From: Tetramitus jugosus
Taxonomy: Eukaryota; Protista; Heterolobosea
Direction: 5' to 3'
Assembly: GCA_937625935.1 (NCBI GenBank)
Contig: OW569369.1
Location: 424,900 to 488,899, forward strand
DNA length: 64,000 nt
This document shows, one piece after another, positions 1 through 12,112 of this stretch; position 1 is the first letter of the stretch; each line of letters opens with the position of its first letter. A program made the position numbers and the translations under genes. The notes under the pieces are model-generated. The model worked only from the letters and a program-made list of their open reading frames with translations, did no database searches and had not been told where the DNA came from.

Positions 1-1879
1 TGCATTTGAATCGTTGTATGAGCATTTTTGATAGCATTGAGCAATTCTTCGCATTGCTTAGCACCTTTGAATAATCGATGACATTGAGAAATTACGGCAT
101 CTTTAAGACGCTTATTAACCAGTTCACTAAGTTCATATTATCGAATTAGCATCACGAACCATACAGCCATTCATAAACAAATGTGAGTACATACTCTTTT
201 AGAATCAATGACATTGTTTGGATACATCTGATCAATTTGTCCGGGTCTGAAGTAGGCTTCACAATATTGTACATGAGTGTGCAAGTGAGAGCATTGACTT
301 CACTTGGTTTCTGGTACGGAGACTTTGAGAAGCTAACAAAAGAGAATATAGAATCGAAGAACAATTCGGCATTATTCAGTGATGATGCGAATTGACGATC
401 CATATGTAACTTGGATGAAAGTATAATGTACTCGGGTACATCGACACAAACATTGGCACTGATCTTCAGAATCAACTTTTGCAGCTCAAGAACATGAATC
501 GGTTCGAAGTAATAATTCATGGTCTGAGGCATCGAGTCAAAAGATCGAGAGAGTGTGGCTGGAAACTGTTCAAGTGTCTCTCTGTAGGAAGAGATTCCAA
601 TCGAGTTCTTGATATAGAGTTGCAGAGTATTCGATCGACTCAAGTTCCAAAGCGTGTTCAACAAACTGAACATGATATGATAGTGTTGCTTAAAATGTCT
701 AATTGATGAATTGTCGCTGAGTTGAGTTGCACAAATCGATGGACTATTATCGTGCTTCGGCATGGACACTGAAAATCGCTCTCTATTGATGGAAGGGGAA
801 GGAGACTGAAGAGAAGAACACTTGACTATGTTGTCATAGGTTTCAGTCATCGTTTGCAACATTTTGATCAGGACTGACACCGCTCTGCCAGTCTGGAACC
901 AGCGATGGAAGTATCGTGCCTTTTCCGTATTGAACTTTTGCGAATCATTTTCACATGAAGTTACATCCTGGAACAACTTCATTATCTTGTATACAACTCC
1001 CATATCGACTTTGTCGCAACTCAAAAGGTTGAGATATGAATCCAATAAGCCATTGTTGATTATGCCTGGCCATACAACCTTGGTATGTGCTGAAGAAGAG
1101 AATAGTGAAGAAGTAGCGCCAATCAATCGTTTGAGAATGGCAACATCACAATACATGGCCAACATGCTATTGTTAATCAGCTGTGATTCATAGTTGACTC
1201 GATCAGAAATCAATTGGAGTAGGATCTCACATCTCTCCGCCTTCAACTGAATTGGCTCGGCTCTGGAAACACATTTCTCAACAATCTGAAGGCATCTGAT
1301 TAGCTCAATTGAATCAGAACAAGACTTCTCATAAATATTCGAGTTTACCGGTATATGAACTGGTTGGAACTCTACCAATGGAACAAGTGACTCCATCAAT
1401 CCTTTCAAGCTAGCAATTCTATTGACCTCCAATCCTCCTGTCCCTCTATCACGTTTGTTGTTCTCAAACAATTGACGTTTCACGCGTTCATAATCATTTT
1501 TCAGTGATCGGTTGAGGTCAGCGAACAATTCCGAAATGAATACAGTAGCGTTTGCCTTGTCAGACCATGTAGCGAGATCTTGTGTCGCCAGCGCCTCAGA
1601 ATCATTACACATTAAGGTAAATTGGTTCATTTTCTGTGATGCACTCAGCTCGAAAGGTATGTTATTAGGCTTCCCCATTACATGACACAAGTGTTGTTTC
1701 TCCTCTAGATAATGATTTAGCTGATCTCTTAGTGCATTCCTCTCTGTCTCCAAGCTATCAATCTCGATTTCTAAGAGGCGCTTCTGCTCCTTCTGTTGAT
1801 CATTAAGATCAATCTTGATTTTCCTCGGGAGTTCTGTACTCTCATTGCTTGGTACTGTTAATTCTAATTCCTCGGTCAT
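1..1879 (-). CDS. Coiled-coil/ARM-like helical protein, 3' partial (intron 127-194)
   Basis: 575-aa ORF. An intron GTATGT...CTAAT...TTAG at 194-127 joins it to a frame open to the window edge (DELVNKRLKDAV...). Confidence 0.75.
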
Positions 1880-2093
1880 TTGTTACTCTGTTGTTCATTC
1901 TGAAGAGCAGTTACACTCAAAAGAATTTGAGTTCAGAGAGATCTATGTTACCAGTTATAGCAACTCCCTGAACCGGAATATGCGGAGTATTAGATTCTCA
2001 GAACAACCGAGCGCCATACAATCGCAGGTATGAGTATACTTTCCAATAATCCATTTCTATTCACTTCATGCATAATTTTTACATGTTCACTCT

Positions 2094-2972
2094 TTATTGG
2101 CGCGCGCTGAAGTGATGATGTTGAACACTGCGCACAGACCATGAATTCTGAGTTGATTGTTGGTCTTGCTTCAGAGTGATAACAGCCCAGTTTCCTTCCC
2201 TGAGGGAACCAGCGTTGAGTACGGGAATATTTCCCAACATTGAACTGCCCTTACAGTCGTGTGTATGTCCATGAACATTCAATACAACTCTCTCTTGCAA
2301 CTCATCGCTGTCCACGTGACTCTGAATCGTAGAAGAACCAGATTGGATAACAAAATATGGTTTTGAGTCTTCTGCTCTATCATCTTCTTCCCGATAGAGT
2401 CTTCTCACATTGACTGTTCCAGAGGCACTTGGTCCCACATGAGTCATCAATAGAATTTGTTGCTCTTGTTTTAAGAGGGACTCACGGACAAAAGGCCCAA
2501 ACTCACGCGCAAACGCCTCTTCCGTCTCGAATGGATAGCCAGACCAAACTTGCTCATTACCTCTGCTTTCGTCAAAGAATGCAGGTACTGATCCTCCGAA
2601 TCCAGCAAGCACGAGTCCGTGGGTCAATGGTACTACTCTCTTGTGAATATTTGTACCACCAATTCGAATCGAATCCTCACTCTCCACATCAAATGTCGAT
2701 AATGGATCATGATTCCCTGGTATCCAAAACACCTTGTTCGAGATCTTGGTCAACTCCTTCACCATTTCTCCGATTTTTTCCACCGCACATCGAACGGACT
2801 CTGGATCGGTGTACTCTGGGCCCTTCAAATTACACATGTCACCTGCGAGCAAAACAACATCGATGGGATTCGATGATGACTCAATTTCATCACTCACTGT
2901 ACGAATATGATCCACAGCCAAATGAACATCAGAAACCAATAGGATACGCAGCAACAAATCTTGATTCGCCAT
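2094..2972 (-). CDS. Calcineurin-like metallophosphoesterase (Icc-like)
   Basis: Motifs SDVH, AGD, PGNHD, THVGP, HGHTH. Likely start MANQD at 2972. Confidence 0.9.
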   Translation of the reverse strand: MANQDLLLRILLVSDVHLAVDHIRTVSDEIESSSNPIDVVLLAGDMCNLKGPEYTDPESVRCAVEKIGEMVKELTKISNKVFWIPGNHDPLSTFDVESEDSIRIGGTNIHKRVVPLTHGLVLAGFGGSVPAFFDESRGNEQVWSGYPFETEEAFAREFGPFVRESLLKQEQQILLMTHVGPSASGTVNVRRLYREEDDRAEDSKPYFVIQSGSSTIQSHVDSDELQERVVLNVHGHTHDCKGSSMLGNIPVLNAGSLREGNWAVITLKQDQQSTQNSWSVRSVQHHHFSARQ

Positions 2973-3091
2973 GGTTTGTAAAATGATGTGATTGGTTGTT
3001 TTCACTTTTTTTTGTGTTTGTTTTTTATGTTCGTTGTTTTGAACACGAGTCTGATCCACAGTGGAATCTGAGATGACAATGCTAGTTTTAT

Positions 3092-3952
3092 CTAACACTG
3101 TGGCTGTTGGACGGTGAGTCGTAATGGTTCAACATCTTCTTTGACATCATTATCAACAACAACAACAACAACAATACTCTCTTGTTGCTTGTAGGATAGA
3201 TAAGCGTTCCAACAAAGAGAAATACAATTGGCATAGAGCACGCGATACAGTGGAGGAACAAGGGTAAAGTTAAATATCTGACCGAGAGGCCACACCTTCA
3301 AACCGTTGACGTAGGTGTCCCAGAAGCTAAAGCGAACTCTATCATAGGATCGTTCGTAGCACTGTTGGCTCAATTGAGCCACGTTTTGAGAAGACCATTG
3401 GAAGTGATTGTCCGTTAGCTTTTCTCTGATCATTGTAGCACTGGTCATTGCAACAAAGAAGAGCAAAATCGTTGCAGGCGAAATGGTTACTTGATCAATC
3501 GCAATACGAATGAGAGCATTGATGGGCATGTGTTGAACGAGCAAGTCAAATGGCCGCCTGCAAGTCACTGAAACTTTCAAAGCCGTGCTGCTCGCATTTG
3601 CTGTAGCGACTTTTCTGTTGAGCGCGAACCGTTGTTGCGCGGATAAAAGGCGCGAAGAAAACAAAAAGATTGGATTTCTGAATTTCCCCTTGAGGATTCT
3701 CTCTGCGACCATGACTCGATCCATGGTGGAATACCAACCGTGCAATATTGGGCCGAGAACCAACAAGCCATACCCTGTCATTTGCACAGTTCTCGATATT
3801 TGAAACGAAGACCAATCTTTTCGTTCTTCGATAAAGTATTGAGAAGCCGTATCACCAATGCCCAACAAAATACCTGCACTAATGGACCTTGTGATGGTAG
3901 GTGCCACCGTGAGTCTTCCAGTATACCAATTGATAAATCGAAGGAATACCAT
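3092..3952 (-). CDS. Mpv17/PMP22 family membrane protein
   Basis: GDTASQ, HGWY, DQ and KVWPLGQIFNFTLVPPLYRVLYANCISLCWNAYLS signatures. Confidence 0.92.
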   Translation of the reverse strand: MVFLRFINWYTGRLTVAPTITRSISAGILLGIGDTASQYFIEERKDWSSFQISRTVQMTGYGLLVLGPILHGWYSTMDRVMVAERILKGKFRNPIFLFSSRLLSAQQRFALNRKVATANASSTALKVSVTCRRPFDLLVQHMPINALIRIAIDQVTISPATILLFFVAMTSATMIREKLTDNHFQWSSQNVAQLSQQCYERSYDRVRFSFWDTYVNGLKVWPLGQIFNFTLVPPLYRVLYANCISLCWNAYLSYKQQESIVVVVVVDNDVKEDVEPLRLTVQQPQC

Positions 3953-5080
3953 AAATGGGTTGGTTCTCTCTCTATGTTAACTCGGAGCAAACACTTGGAT
4001 GATTTTTTGTTGTTGCGCAGATTTTTTTCGGGTGGAAAAGAGCGGAGGAACTCGATCGAGATTTTGCTGCGTGTCTTTCCTTCAATCAACGAAATGCTCG
4101 GGTTAGAGTCGCATGATGGTTGAAGACAAGCTTCATGTTGATATCAACCAGCCCTGATAAAGTGCGTACGTGCGTGGAACTCTTCAACAGCAGTTGCGTG
4201 ACATTTCGAGCTGTCGGAGAACAAATTGAAACAATAATTCTCATAAACAGACAACACTGACAGTCAAGGAACATAAATGTTAACTTTGGAGCTGCGCGGA
4301 GGGTACCAAGCACCACTGTAAACACGCTCGCATGGATACCGTCCAACTACGCCCGGCGCAAAGAAGAGGTCAAAGTTTATTGTGCCATTCGAAAAGTAAC
4401 CATCTGTAGCTTGAAGCCGAGGACTGTAGTTTGCCACGGACTGTACGGTAATTTTTTTGCCTTCATTGAGTGAGGTGTGATGTTGTTGACACTTTTGGGA
4501 ATGCCAGATTTATTCGGGGCTCGGAATAAATTCGGAGAAAACAGCGATTTCCTCCATATCGAACGACAAGTGACGTATTCGGGAAAAAAAGAAGCTCGAA
4601 ATCCAAAGACAGTAGTGCAGTATTTGGAGGCGGGTGAATAGCAACGTCAAAAGCGGAATGGGAATTATCTGAGCCGACATTTCGAGAAATTCAAATTTGT
4701 CCTCTCCAAGTCAGGGGTGGTTGCTTGATCCTTTTTAAGGGATAACTTGTCCACAGTACGTCGTTCGATAACTCTGCGCTCGATGCAAAGTTTGTTGCTC
4801 CAACAAGATTGATTGAAATCTGTCTAGCGTTAAACCCCTTCTGGACGACCCGAGAGTCCAAAGATCGTCGTTGGCAAAACACAATAACAAGAGAGTCAAC
4901 AACACATTCCCACCACCCACCACCACTATCCCAACATCAATAACCAAACCAACCCACGACAGAGAGAAGATCCACACTTTCTTCTTTCATTGCCTCCTTT
5001 CTAATTCACTCAGAAACAAAACACAAGTTGTTTGACAAAATTATTCCTTCTCTCAGAGACATAACCACCCCGTATTAATA

Positions 5081-7279
5081 ATGAGTTCCATGACAGAATC
5101 ACCACCACTACCACCTCCTCTAGCACAAAATACTTCCATGAGCGCTAACCAATCAATGCCACCATTGGCACAACAAGAACAAGGAGCAACAACAACAACA
5201 ATAGCACCTCAAGAAGCAACAAAACCAACTGCTGCCATTGTAATCATATCAGAGTCAGATAATGAGAATGAGAATGATGATAGCAGTAGTCACATCAGTA
5301 TGACTCAAACATCAGACTCTTCTCCTTCTTCATCTCCTGCACCACACGACGAGCAAGCTCCTTCACCCTCTTCCTGTACATCTCAATCTCATCATGAACA
5401 TGGTGTGACGATAAGTCGCATAAGCAACCACAAGACTGAGCCTTCAGCGTGCTTTGAGTGCAGAAGAGTTCACAAAAAGTGTGACAAACAGAGACCATGT
5501 TCCCGTTGTATTAAACAGGGCTGTAGCTGTGTTGATATGCCAGTTTCCAAGAGAGGAAGACCAAGGAAAAAGCTTACTTGTATGCCTGGTTTGTCTCTCG
5601 ATGGTGCTTGTCAACTACAACAACAACAAGGAATGCCATTAATGTCCATTGGCAACACACATGAGCAGCAACAACAGCCATTGTTGTACAAGAGCCACAC
5701 AACGAATAGCACCACCAGCAGGAGAAACCAATTCTCGACGACAGCAGCCCATGTCTCCACCTCCACAAGTCATAATAGCTCCTCGACGACGATATCATCG
5801 TCTTCCAATGCAGTTCGCTCAAACAACAACAATAACCATAGCAACTGCTCCCATCACTTTAATAACTACGACAGTCACTCGTGTCAAAGCTCAAGCCAAC
5901 AACATTACCAGCACAATAACAGCACGACTGTGAACCATAGGGCAAACCATCAAGTGAACTACAGTCAAGGTGAGAGCTCTTCTTCCTATGCACCACATGG
6001 TCAACAGTACCAACCAACTGCACACTATGTGAGCCACAACAACTCGGATTATCAAGCACAACCACAACAACAACAAGTGTACAATAACGGCTCTCCATTC
6101 AAGGCAAGTCCAATCAATCAACCCTTTATTGGCAACAACAGCCAATCTTATGTGCCTTCCCCCATGGCAATCCGTAAGAGAAAGATGGAAGGAGAATTCT
6201 TCCATGAACAACATTCTCCTTCCAAGAGAATGAAGGAAGAACACCACGTTAGAACGACGTGGAATCAAGATGCTCATAACAGTTATGGCTCAATGAACAA
6301 CCAACAACCCCCTAGTTATCAACACTATCAACAGCAGCAGAGTCAAACTAACGGTCAAAAACAGAGTGCATCCTTTGCTCATCCTGCCTCCTCCTATTTC
6401 AAGCCAGTTGTCTCTACTGTTTCTGGATATCCACAAGAGCAACAACAGCAACAACTACAATCACAACCACATTCTTCATACAACTATCATCAACAGAGCT
6501 ACCATCATGGCACCCATCGATTAACTCATGATAGTCCAAGTATGGATAGAAAGCAAAGTCCTCACTTCCCACAACATTCAAGTCCAGTTCTCTCTCCATC
6601 CATGCCTCATAGTTATTCTCATTATCAATCATCCTCTCAAGGCTCAAACTCCAACAGTAACAACAACAGTAACACGAGGGTGAGATACCACAGTCAGAAT
6701 GTAGATGGATTCAGAGTGCCCTATGGTTCCTCCAATAACAATACATCAAGTTACTCCAATGGACAATTCCATTCTCAGATTGAGTCTAGTCCAGTCTCTG
6801 AGAGGAGTAGCTCTACGTTCTTTTCAACTGGAGCTCCAGCTTCTCCCTATACTCCACATCCAAATTCGTTGCAGCGTCCTGTTGTTTACGAATACCAGAC
6901 ACAACATCAAACAAAGACATCATATCCACAAATCAAGAACGAAGTAGTCAGATATCCGTCATCCAGCAATGGCCCATCGCCGGTGACTCAACCAATGACC
7001 AATAGCTATCCCCAGCATTATGTACAGGAGACGCCAGTCTCGCAATCGATCAGAGAAACAAACTCCTATGTCCACCCCAGCTCGAGTCAATCTCAATTCA
7101 AGGAGTTTGGATCAAGTCCTAGCACATTCTCTTATCCAATGGCGAGCCCAAAGTTGCACGGCGTCAAACCTGAACCAGTGTGGACGCTCTCTCCTTATCC
7201 GTCAGATAATTGTTTGCCAAAGGTTGAGCAGCAGACCGTTCTCCCACCTGTCAGTACGTTGCTTGCATATCATAAGTAA
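5081..7279 (+). CDS. Zn(II)2Cys6 transcription factor with Q/S/N-rich regions
   Basis: ACFECRRVHKKCDKQRPCSRCIKQGCSC followed by the AT-hook-like KRGRPRK. Confidence 0.9.
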   Translation: MSSMTESPPLPPPLAQNTSMSANQSMPPLAQQEQGATTTTIAPQEATKPTAAIVIISESDNENENDDSSSHISMTQTSDSSPSSSPAPHDEQAPSPSSCTSQSHHEHGVTISRISNHKTEPSACFECRRVHKKCDKQRPCSRCIKQGCSCVDMPVSKRGRPRKKLTCMPGLSLDGACQLQQQQGMPLMSIGNTHEQQQQPLLYKSHTTNSTTSRRNQFSTTAAHVSTSTSHNSSSTTISSSSNAVRSNNNNNHSNCSHHFNNYDSHSCQSSSQQHYQHNNSTTVNHRANHQVNYSQGESSSSYAPHGQQYQPTAHYVSHNNSDYQAQPQQQQVYNNGSPFKASPINQPFIGNNSQSYVPSPMAIRKRKMEGEFFHEQHSPSKRMKEEHHVRTTWNQDAHNSYGSMNNQQPPSYQHYQQQQSQTNGQKQSASFAHPASSYFKPVVSTVSGYPQEQQQQQLQSQPHSSYNYHQQSYHHGTHRLTHDSPSMDRKQSPHFPQHSSPVLSPSMPHSYSHYQSSSQGSNSNSNNNSNTRVRYHSQNVDGFRVPYGSSNNNTSSYSNGQFHSQIESSPVSERSSSTFFSTGAPASPYTPHPNSLQRPVVYEYQTQHQTKTSYPQIKNEVVRYPSSSNGPSPVTQPMTNSYPQHYVQETPVSQSIRETNSYVHPSSSQSQFKEFGSSPSTFSYPMASPKLHGVKPEPVWTLSPYPSDNCLPKVEQQTVLPPVSTLLAYHK

Positions 7280-7505
7280 AAATATTCGTTTTTACAATTC
7301 CGTCAACGTCTTTTTGTTTTTTGGGATCTCGGATCAACCGCGTTATTTTTTCACACAGACAGCGCGGAGTTTCTTGAACTCACTGATCTATCATATCTAT
7401 GTTGGGTTACATCAAATAAGAGGTGGATGGTGCTCTGTTTAGAAACATCTAGATCGATCTCACTGATCCACAAAGTGACACCAAAAAGAAAGAGTAACAG
7501 CTACC

Positions 7506-8915
7506 ATGACGACATCCCATTCCGCTCAATCCCTCCCATCCATTGCGTTTGAACCAGTTATTGCTCAACCAACGTTAATTTCGCATGACGCTCCATTGAT
7601 GAAATCCATCTTTGCATTCGATCCAAAAATTGAACGATTCCATAGTTCAACGATTGACTCCACCAGTTATCTCCAAAAGAAGAAGACTTATGATGAATTA
7701 ATCTACCAGGGAGTGTTCATTCAATATGAGCACCGCTATGAACAAAGTGTTCAGTTGCTCACTGAAGCAATTGAACTGATGCCAAACGAGCCTGAAGCAT
7801 ACCTCCGAAGAGCTCTCACCTACTACTCGTTGGGCAAGTCTCTCATCCATCGAAGCCTCCTTGATGTACAGAAAGGTCTGTATGTACTCGCGGCTCAAGT
7901 AGTCGACAATCATGACAAATTCTCCAACTTGGAGTGGAAAACTCAACTGTTTACCATGAAAGGTTTGTTGTGTGAACTGCAGCAGGATGTCGACAGTTCA
8001 AAGGAACTCTATCAAGAAGTAGTACGATTAAACCCGAAGCACTACTTTGCTCATTTTTCTCTTGGATTTTCTTCTGACATGGAATCAAACTACAAAGAGG
8101 CTATCGAACATTATAAAACAAGTGTCAATTGTGATCCAAAGTACTCTCCGTGCATCATTTACAACAACATTGGACGATGTTACGAGCTGTTAGTCAAGGA
8201 AAAGAAGGATAAAGAAGATAGTTCCAACACGAGAAGTGATACCGGTGATGGAACGGTCACTTCAGGTGATGCTGACATTGTGTTGGGCGATCCTCCACAA
8301 CCCATTGACAGCGAATCATCGGCAACGCAAGGATCAACAGAAGAAGATATCTCCCTGGAAACAGCTCTCAAGTACTATTCAAAGGCTATTGATTCGTACG
8401 GATATTGCTTCACTGCCAGACAAAACAGAGCGAAATTGTACATCAATATGAAGAAGTACGAGGAAGCAGAGAAAGACCTTAGATGCATTTTAGATCGATC
8501 TCCTTGGCACTACATTGCAATGACAAGATTGGCAGAGTTGTACTTTTTCAATTTGAACAAACAACCAGAATCAATTGATATGTTTAAACGCATTCAACAG
8601 ATCCACTGCACAAAAAGTTTTGCCTTCCGTATTCATGCATCATACGAACATATCATTCAAAAGAACATTGATGCATCATTCGAGATATTAGACTATGCCA
8701 TTGACCGAATGCTGAGCTCTGATCAAGTTCACTCATTGATGAAAGTGAAGAGTCAGTTGTTGCGGAAAATGGACAAGAGTGAAGAAGCTGAAAGAATCAG
8801 TTTTGAAGCTGCTAACTGGCCAGAGACGAGATATGGATTGAATATGAAGAGGAAAATGTTGAATCAATCTTTCCAAGGTCGATTTGTTGATTTAACTGTT
8901 GTGACAGTCGAATAG
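7506..8915 (+). CDS. TPR-repeat protein
   Basis: Several TPR helices, e.g. EAIELMPNEPEAYLRRALTYYSLG and IYNNIGRCY. Confidence 0.88.
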   Translation: MTTSHSAQSLPSIAFEPVIAQPTLISHDAPLMKSIFAFDPKIERFHSSTIDSTSYLQKKKTYDELIYQGVFIQYEHRYEQSVQLLTEAIELMPNEPEAYLRRALTYYSLGKSLIHRSLLDVQKGLYVLAAQVVDNHDKFSNLEWKTQLFTMKGLLCELQQDVDSSKELYQEVVRLNPKHYFAHFSLGFSSDMESNYKEAIEHYKTSVNCDPKYSPCIIYNNIGRCYELLVKEKKDKEDSSNTRSDTGDGTVTSGDADIVLGDPPQPIDSESSATQGSTEEDISLETALKYYSKAIDSYGYCFTARQNRAKLYINMKKYEEAEKDLRCILDRSPWHYIAMTRLAELYFFNLNKQPESIDMFKRIQQIHCTKSFAFRIHASYEHIIQKNIDASFEILDYAIDRMLSSDQVHSLMKVKSQLLRKMDKSEEAERISFEAANWPETRYGLNMKRKMLNQSFQGRFVDLTVVTVE

Positions 8916-9007
8916 AGATTTGTGCTGTAAAGGGAGAACAGGAAACGTTCAACTGTCGTACTGAACAAAAACAAAATATTTCTTTGGTAGAAAACAGACT
9001 TTGAATC

Positions 9008-9773
9008 ATGAACACCGATATAGAGATCAGAAAAGCTCTTGACTACCTCGGAAAACACAAGATTAAACAAATTTATAGTAAATTGTTGACGGAAGCAACA
9101 TTGTTCAGACCTAAAGATCCTATTCCCTTCTTCATTGATCGGTTGAAGCACTATGCTCTGATTTCTGATGATTCCTTTGAAGATACCACACATTCCCTGT
9201 ATCAATTTCCCAGAGTGTACGTCATAATATGTCGCGAGTCAAACCTAACGTCCGTGGTGCGAGCCTTCTCCATGAATCACAATTTCGAGCTGTTGGAAGC
9301 AAGCACCGAACAGAACAGAGAAGATCTGGTGGATCAATTTGATCACTACATCAAGAAATGCATGCGAGACACTGTAAATGAAACGTTTTTAGCTCTCAAC
9401 AGTCTAAGCAACATGAATGACCTGACGAGATTCGAAAGAACAGTTCACGTATGTAACACACACTGACATTTTATTTTCAAGTTATAGAAAGCTCATTCGC
9501 TCTCTCACCATCAACTTTAATTGAACTGTATGTGTACAACAGGAGATGGTTTCTTGCATTCACATTCAATGTGTGGATAGTGAACACCAAGAACAAAACA
9601 ACAATGAAATTGACTTGCACACAAACAGTGTGTTGACATACTTTGCAGCTCAGAACAAGCTCTGCACCATCAAAGTTCATCTCAACAGTCAAAAAGATGC
9701 CAGCTCTACTCCTAAGAGAGAGAATGATGGAGATGACTTGTATCAAGCTCTACAACAGATCATTTCACAATAA
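9008..9773 (+). CDS. Protein with N-terminal RIIa/Dpy-30-like docking domain, probably spliced
   Basis: YLGKHKIKQIYSKLLTEATLFRPKDPIPFFIDRL. GTATGT donors near 9449 and 9527 suggest joining to the 9546-9773 frame; exon structure unresolved. Confidence 0.6.
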
Positions 9774-9876
9774 GCATCACACAGCACAGACAACACAATA
9801 CCATAAGCTTATTCACTCAGCAGTTGTACAAAAAGCTTTCGAACACGAACAATAAAAACACAAAAAATTGATGCAT

Positions 9877-10317
9877 TCATTCGTGGTGTTGGTGTTGGTG
9901 TTGGTGATGAGAACAAGATGGATCATGTCCTTCACCACTATGATCATGATCATGGTGGTGATGACCCTTGCCCTTCTTCCTGTAGTGCTTCTTTTTATCA
10001 TTTTCTCCGTCATCATCGGAATCGGAGTCACTCTCCGAATCCGATTCTCCGAACGCTCGTTTCTTGTGAAAGATGCAGCACTTTTTGGATGTTTTTTGAG
10101 TGGGTCGACTATCTTTCACGTCTTCTGACCATTTCACACGACGATTGGCATCATTTTCTGTCTCTGTGTTGTTTGAAGTGATTGATCTCTCTGATTGGAG
10201 ACGAATGGTGAGAATGGGAGTGTCTGATGATGATGGTGATGTTGTTGTCGTCGTTGTAGTAGTTGTAGTTGTGTTTGCGTTGATGGAGGGTAATGCAGTT
10301 GTTGGTGTCGTTGGCAT
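9877..10317 (-). CDS. PPP1R11: Protein phosphatase 1 inhibitor-3 (Ypi1/PPP1R11 family)
   Basis: RVxW motif RRVKWSED and KTSKKCCIFHKKRAFGES. Confidence 0.9.
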   Translation of the reverse strand: MPTTPTTALPSINANTTTTTTTTTTTSPSSSDTPILTIRLQSERSITSNNTETENDANRRVKWSEDVKDSRPTQKTSKKCCIFHKKRAFGESDSESDSDSDDDGENDKKKHYRKKGKGHHHHDHDHSGEGHDPSCSHHQHQHQHHE

Positions 10318-10498
10318 TGTTGTTGTTAGCTTTGCTTGGCTTGGTTTTTTTTGTGTGCGTTGGGTATCTGACGAGTTTTACACGCACGTGGCCTTGTATT
10401 CAGTTGAAGTTGACCGGTTCAATATATTGAGGAGTTATGAGTCTAACTTTGAGTGAATTTTGGTATTTTGGACAAGGATACTGCAAGACTATCTTGGT

Positions 10499-12112
10499 TC
10501 ATAATGTGAGAGTTATTGAATGAGTGTCACAATGTTGGACAACCTTCTCGCGGAAACTATTGTCTCGCTGATTATTGCACCAAGAGAGGCGGCGAAGATT
10601 CTTCATGTACGATAATGCCTTCTCTGTGATTGACTCTTGGTTGCAGCTGTTCATAAATAGTGTGTGTAAATTCGGCAAATGAGCAAAAGCTTCGTCTGTG
10701 AGTTGAGTGCAACTACCAATGTTGAGTGTGTGAACGCTCGTCACATGACGGAGTGCTTCATCTGTAATCTGATTACAACAGGCCATATATAATGTATGAA
10801 TTCCACTCAAATGAACAAATGCATTGTCCGTAATTTGACTGCAATAGGACATATTGAGTGTATGAATTCCACTCAAATGAGAGAATGCATGGTCAGTGAT
10901 TTGTTTGCAACCGAGAATAGAGAGCGTTTGAATTCCAGTCAAATGAGGAAACACATTATCTGTGATTTGAGTACAATTCATCATCTCGAGTGTATTAATT
11001 CCTGCCAAATGAGTGAATGCACTGTCAGTGATTTGATCACAATTACTCATACAGAGTGTGTGAATACCAGTCAAATGAGCAAATGCATTGTTTGTAATGG
11101 CCGTGCAACCACTCATATCGAGTGTGTGGATGCCCGTTAAGTGAGAAAGGGCTTGATCTGTGATTTGATCACAATCACACATAAAGACTGAATGAATACC
11201 GGTCAGATGAGAGAAGGCATTGTCTGTGATGCCTGTGCAACCATTCACTCTGAGCGAATGAATACCTGTCAAATGCTGAAATGTATCACCAGTTATTTGG
11301 GTACAGCCAATCATAAGGAGAGTGTGAATTCCAGTCAAATGACATAGGGCTTGATCTGTAATTTTAGTGCAATAATTCATAACAAGTGTACGAATACCTT
11401 TTAAATGAGAAAAGGCTTGGTCAGTGACTTGATTGCACTCACTCATATGGAGCGTATGAATACCAGTCAAATAATGAAATGCATTGTCCGTGATTCGAGT
11501 GCAACTGTTCATACCGAGCGTATGAATTCCTTTCAAATGAGGAAAAGCTAGGTCAGTGATTTGACTGCAACCACTCATATTGAGCGTGTGAATGCCAGTC
11601 AAATAATGATACGCTTTGTCTGTGATCTGATTGCAATAGGTCATATGTAGTGTGTGAATACCAGTCAGATACGAGAATGCCTTATCAGTGATGTTACGAC
11701 AACTACTCATATGGAGCGTATGAATACCAGTCAAATGAGCAAAGGCTATATCTGTGATTTGATTACAACTTCTAATATTGAGCGTGTGAATGCCTTCCAA
11801 AAATCGGAAATGCTCATCCACTACCTGACCATTCCTTGTTAAGTCTATATTAAACAGTGTTCCTTGTCCCAGTCGAAACCAATGTTCAATTTCTTGACTT
11901 GTCAAATTGCGCCGTAGTGTTCTCTTCTTGTTGAACATGAACAATCGATTGAATTTGAATTGATTAATTCCTTTGCAAGTGTAACTCAATTTCAACCATT
12001 CGAAAGTGTCACAAAACTCAATAATCTTTGACCATGTGTCCTTGCAAAGCATAGAACAAATTTCATTGGTGAGCTTTCGCTCGATTGCTTCCTTGTTGCC
12101 ATCGTCGGACAT
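10499..12112 (-). CDS. F-box/leucine-rich-repeat protein (about 18 x 22-aa repeats)
   Basis: F-box-like LCKDTWSKIIEFCDTFEWLKLSYTCK, then repeats AFxHLTGIHTLxMxxCxQITD. Likely start MSDD at 12112. Confidence 0.9.
   Translation of the reverse strand: MSDDGNKEAIERKLTNEICSMLCKDTWSKIIEFCDTFEWLKLSYTCKGINQFKFNRLFMFNKKRTLRRNLTSQEIEHWFRLGQGTLFNIDLTRNGQVVDEHFRFLEGIHTLNIRSCNQITDIAFAHLTGIHTLHMSSCRNITDKAFSYLTGIHTLHMTYCNQITDKAYHYLTGIHTLNMSGCSQITDLAFPHLKGIHTLGMNSCTRITDNAFHYLTGIHTLHMSECNQVTDQAFSHLKGIRTLVMNYCTKITDQALCHLTGIHTLLMIGCTQITGDTFQHLTGIHSLRVNGCTGITDNAFSHLTGIHSVFMCDCDQITDQALSHLTGIHTLDMSGCTAITNNAFAHLTGIHTLCMSNCDQITDSAFTHLAGINTLEMMNCTQITDNVFPHLTGIQTLSILGCKQITDHAFSHLSGIHTLNMSYCSQITDNAFVHLSGIHTLYMACCNQITDEALRHVTSVHTLNIGSCTQLTDEAFAHLPNLHTLFMNSCNQESITEKALSYMKNLRRLSWCNNQRDNSFREKVVQHCDTHSITLTL

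Noticed and set aside
10620-11820. Regularly spaced 66-bp repeats as a CRISPR-like array
   Set aside because: They are in-frame coding LRR units without unique spacers; no cas genes.
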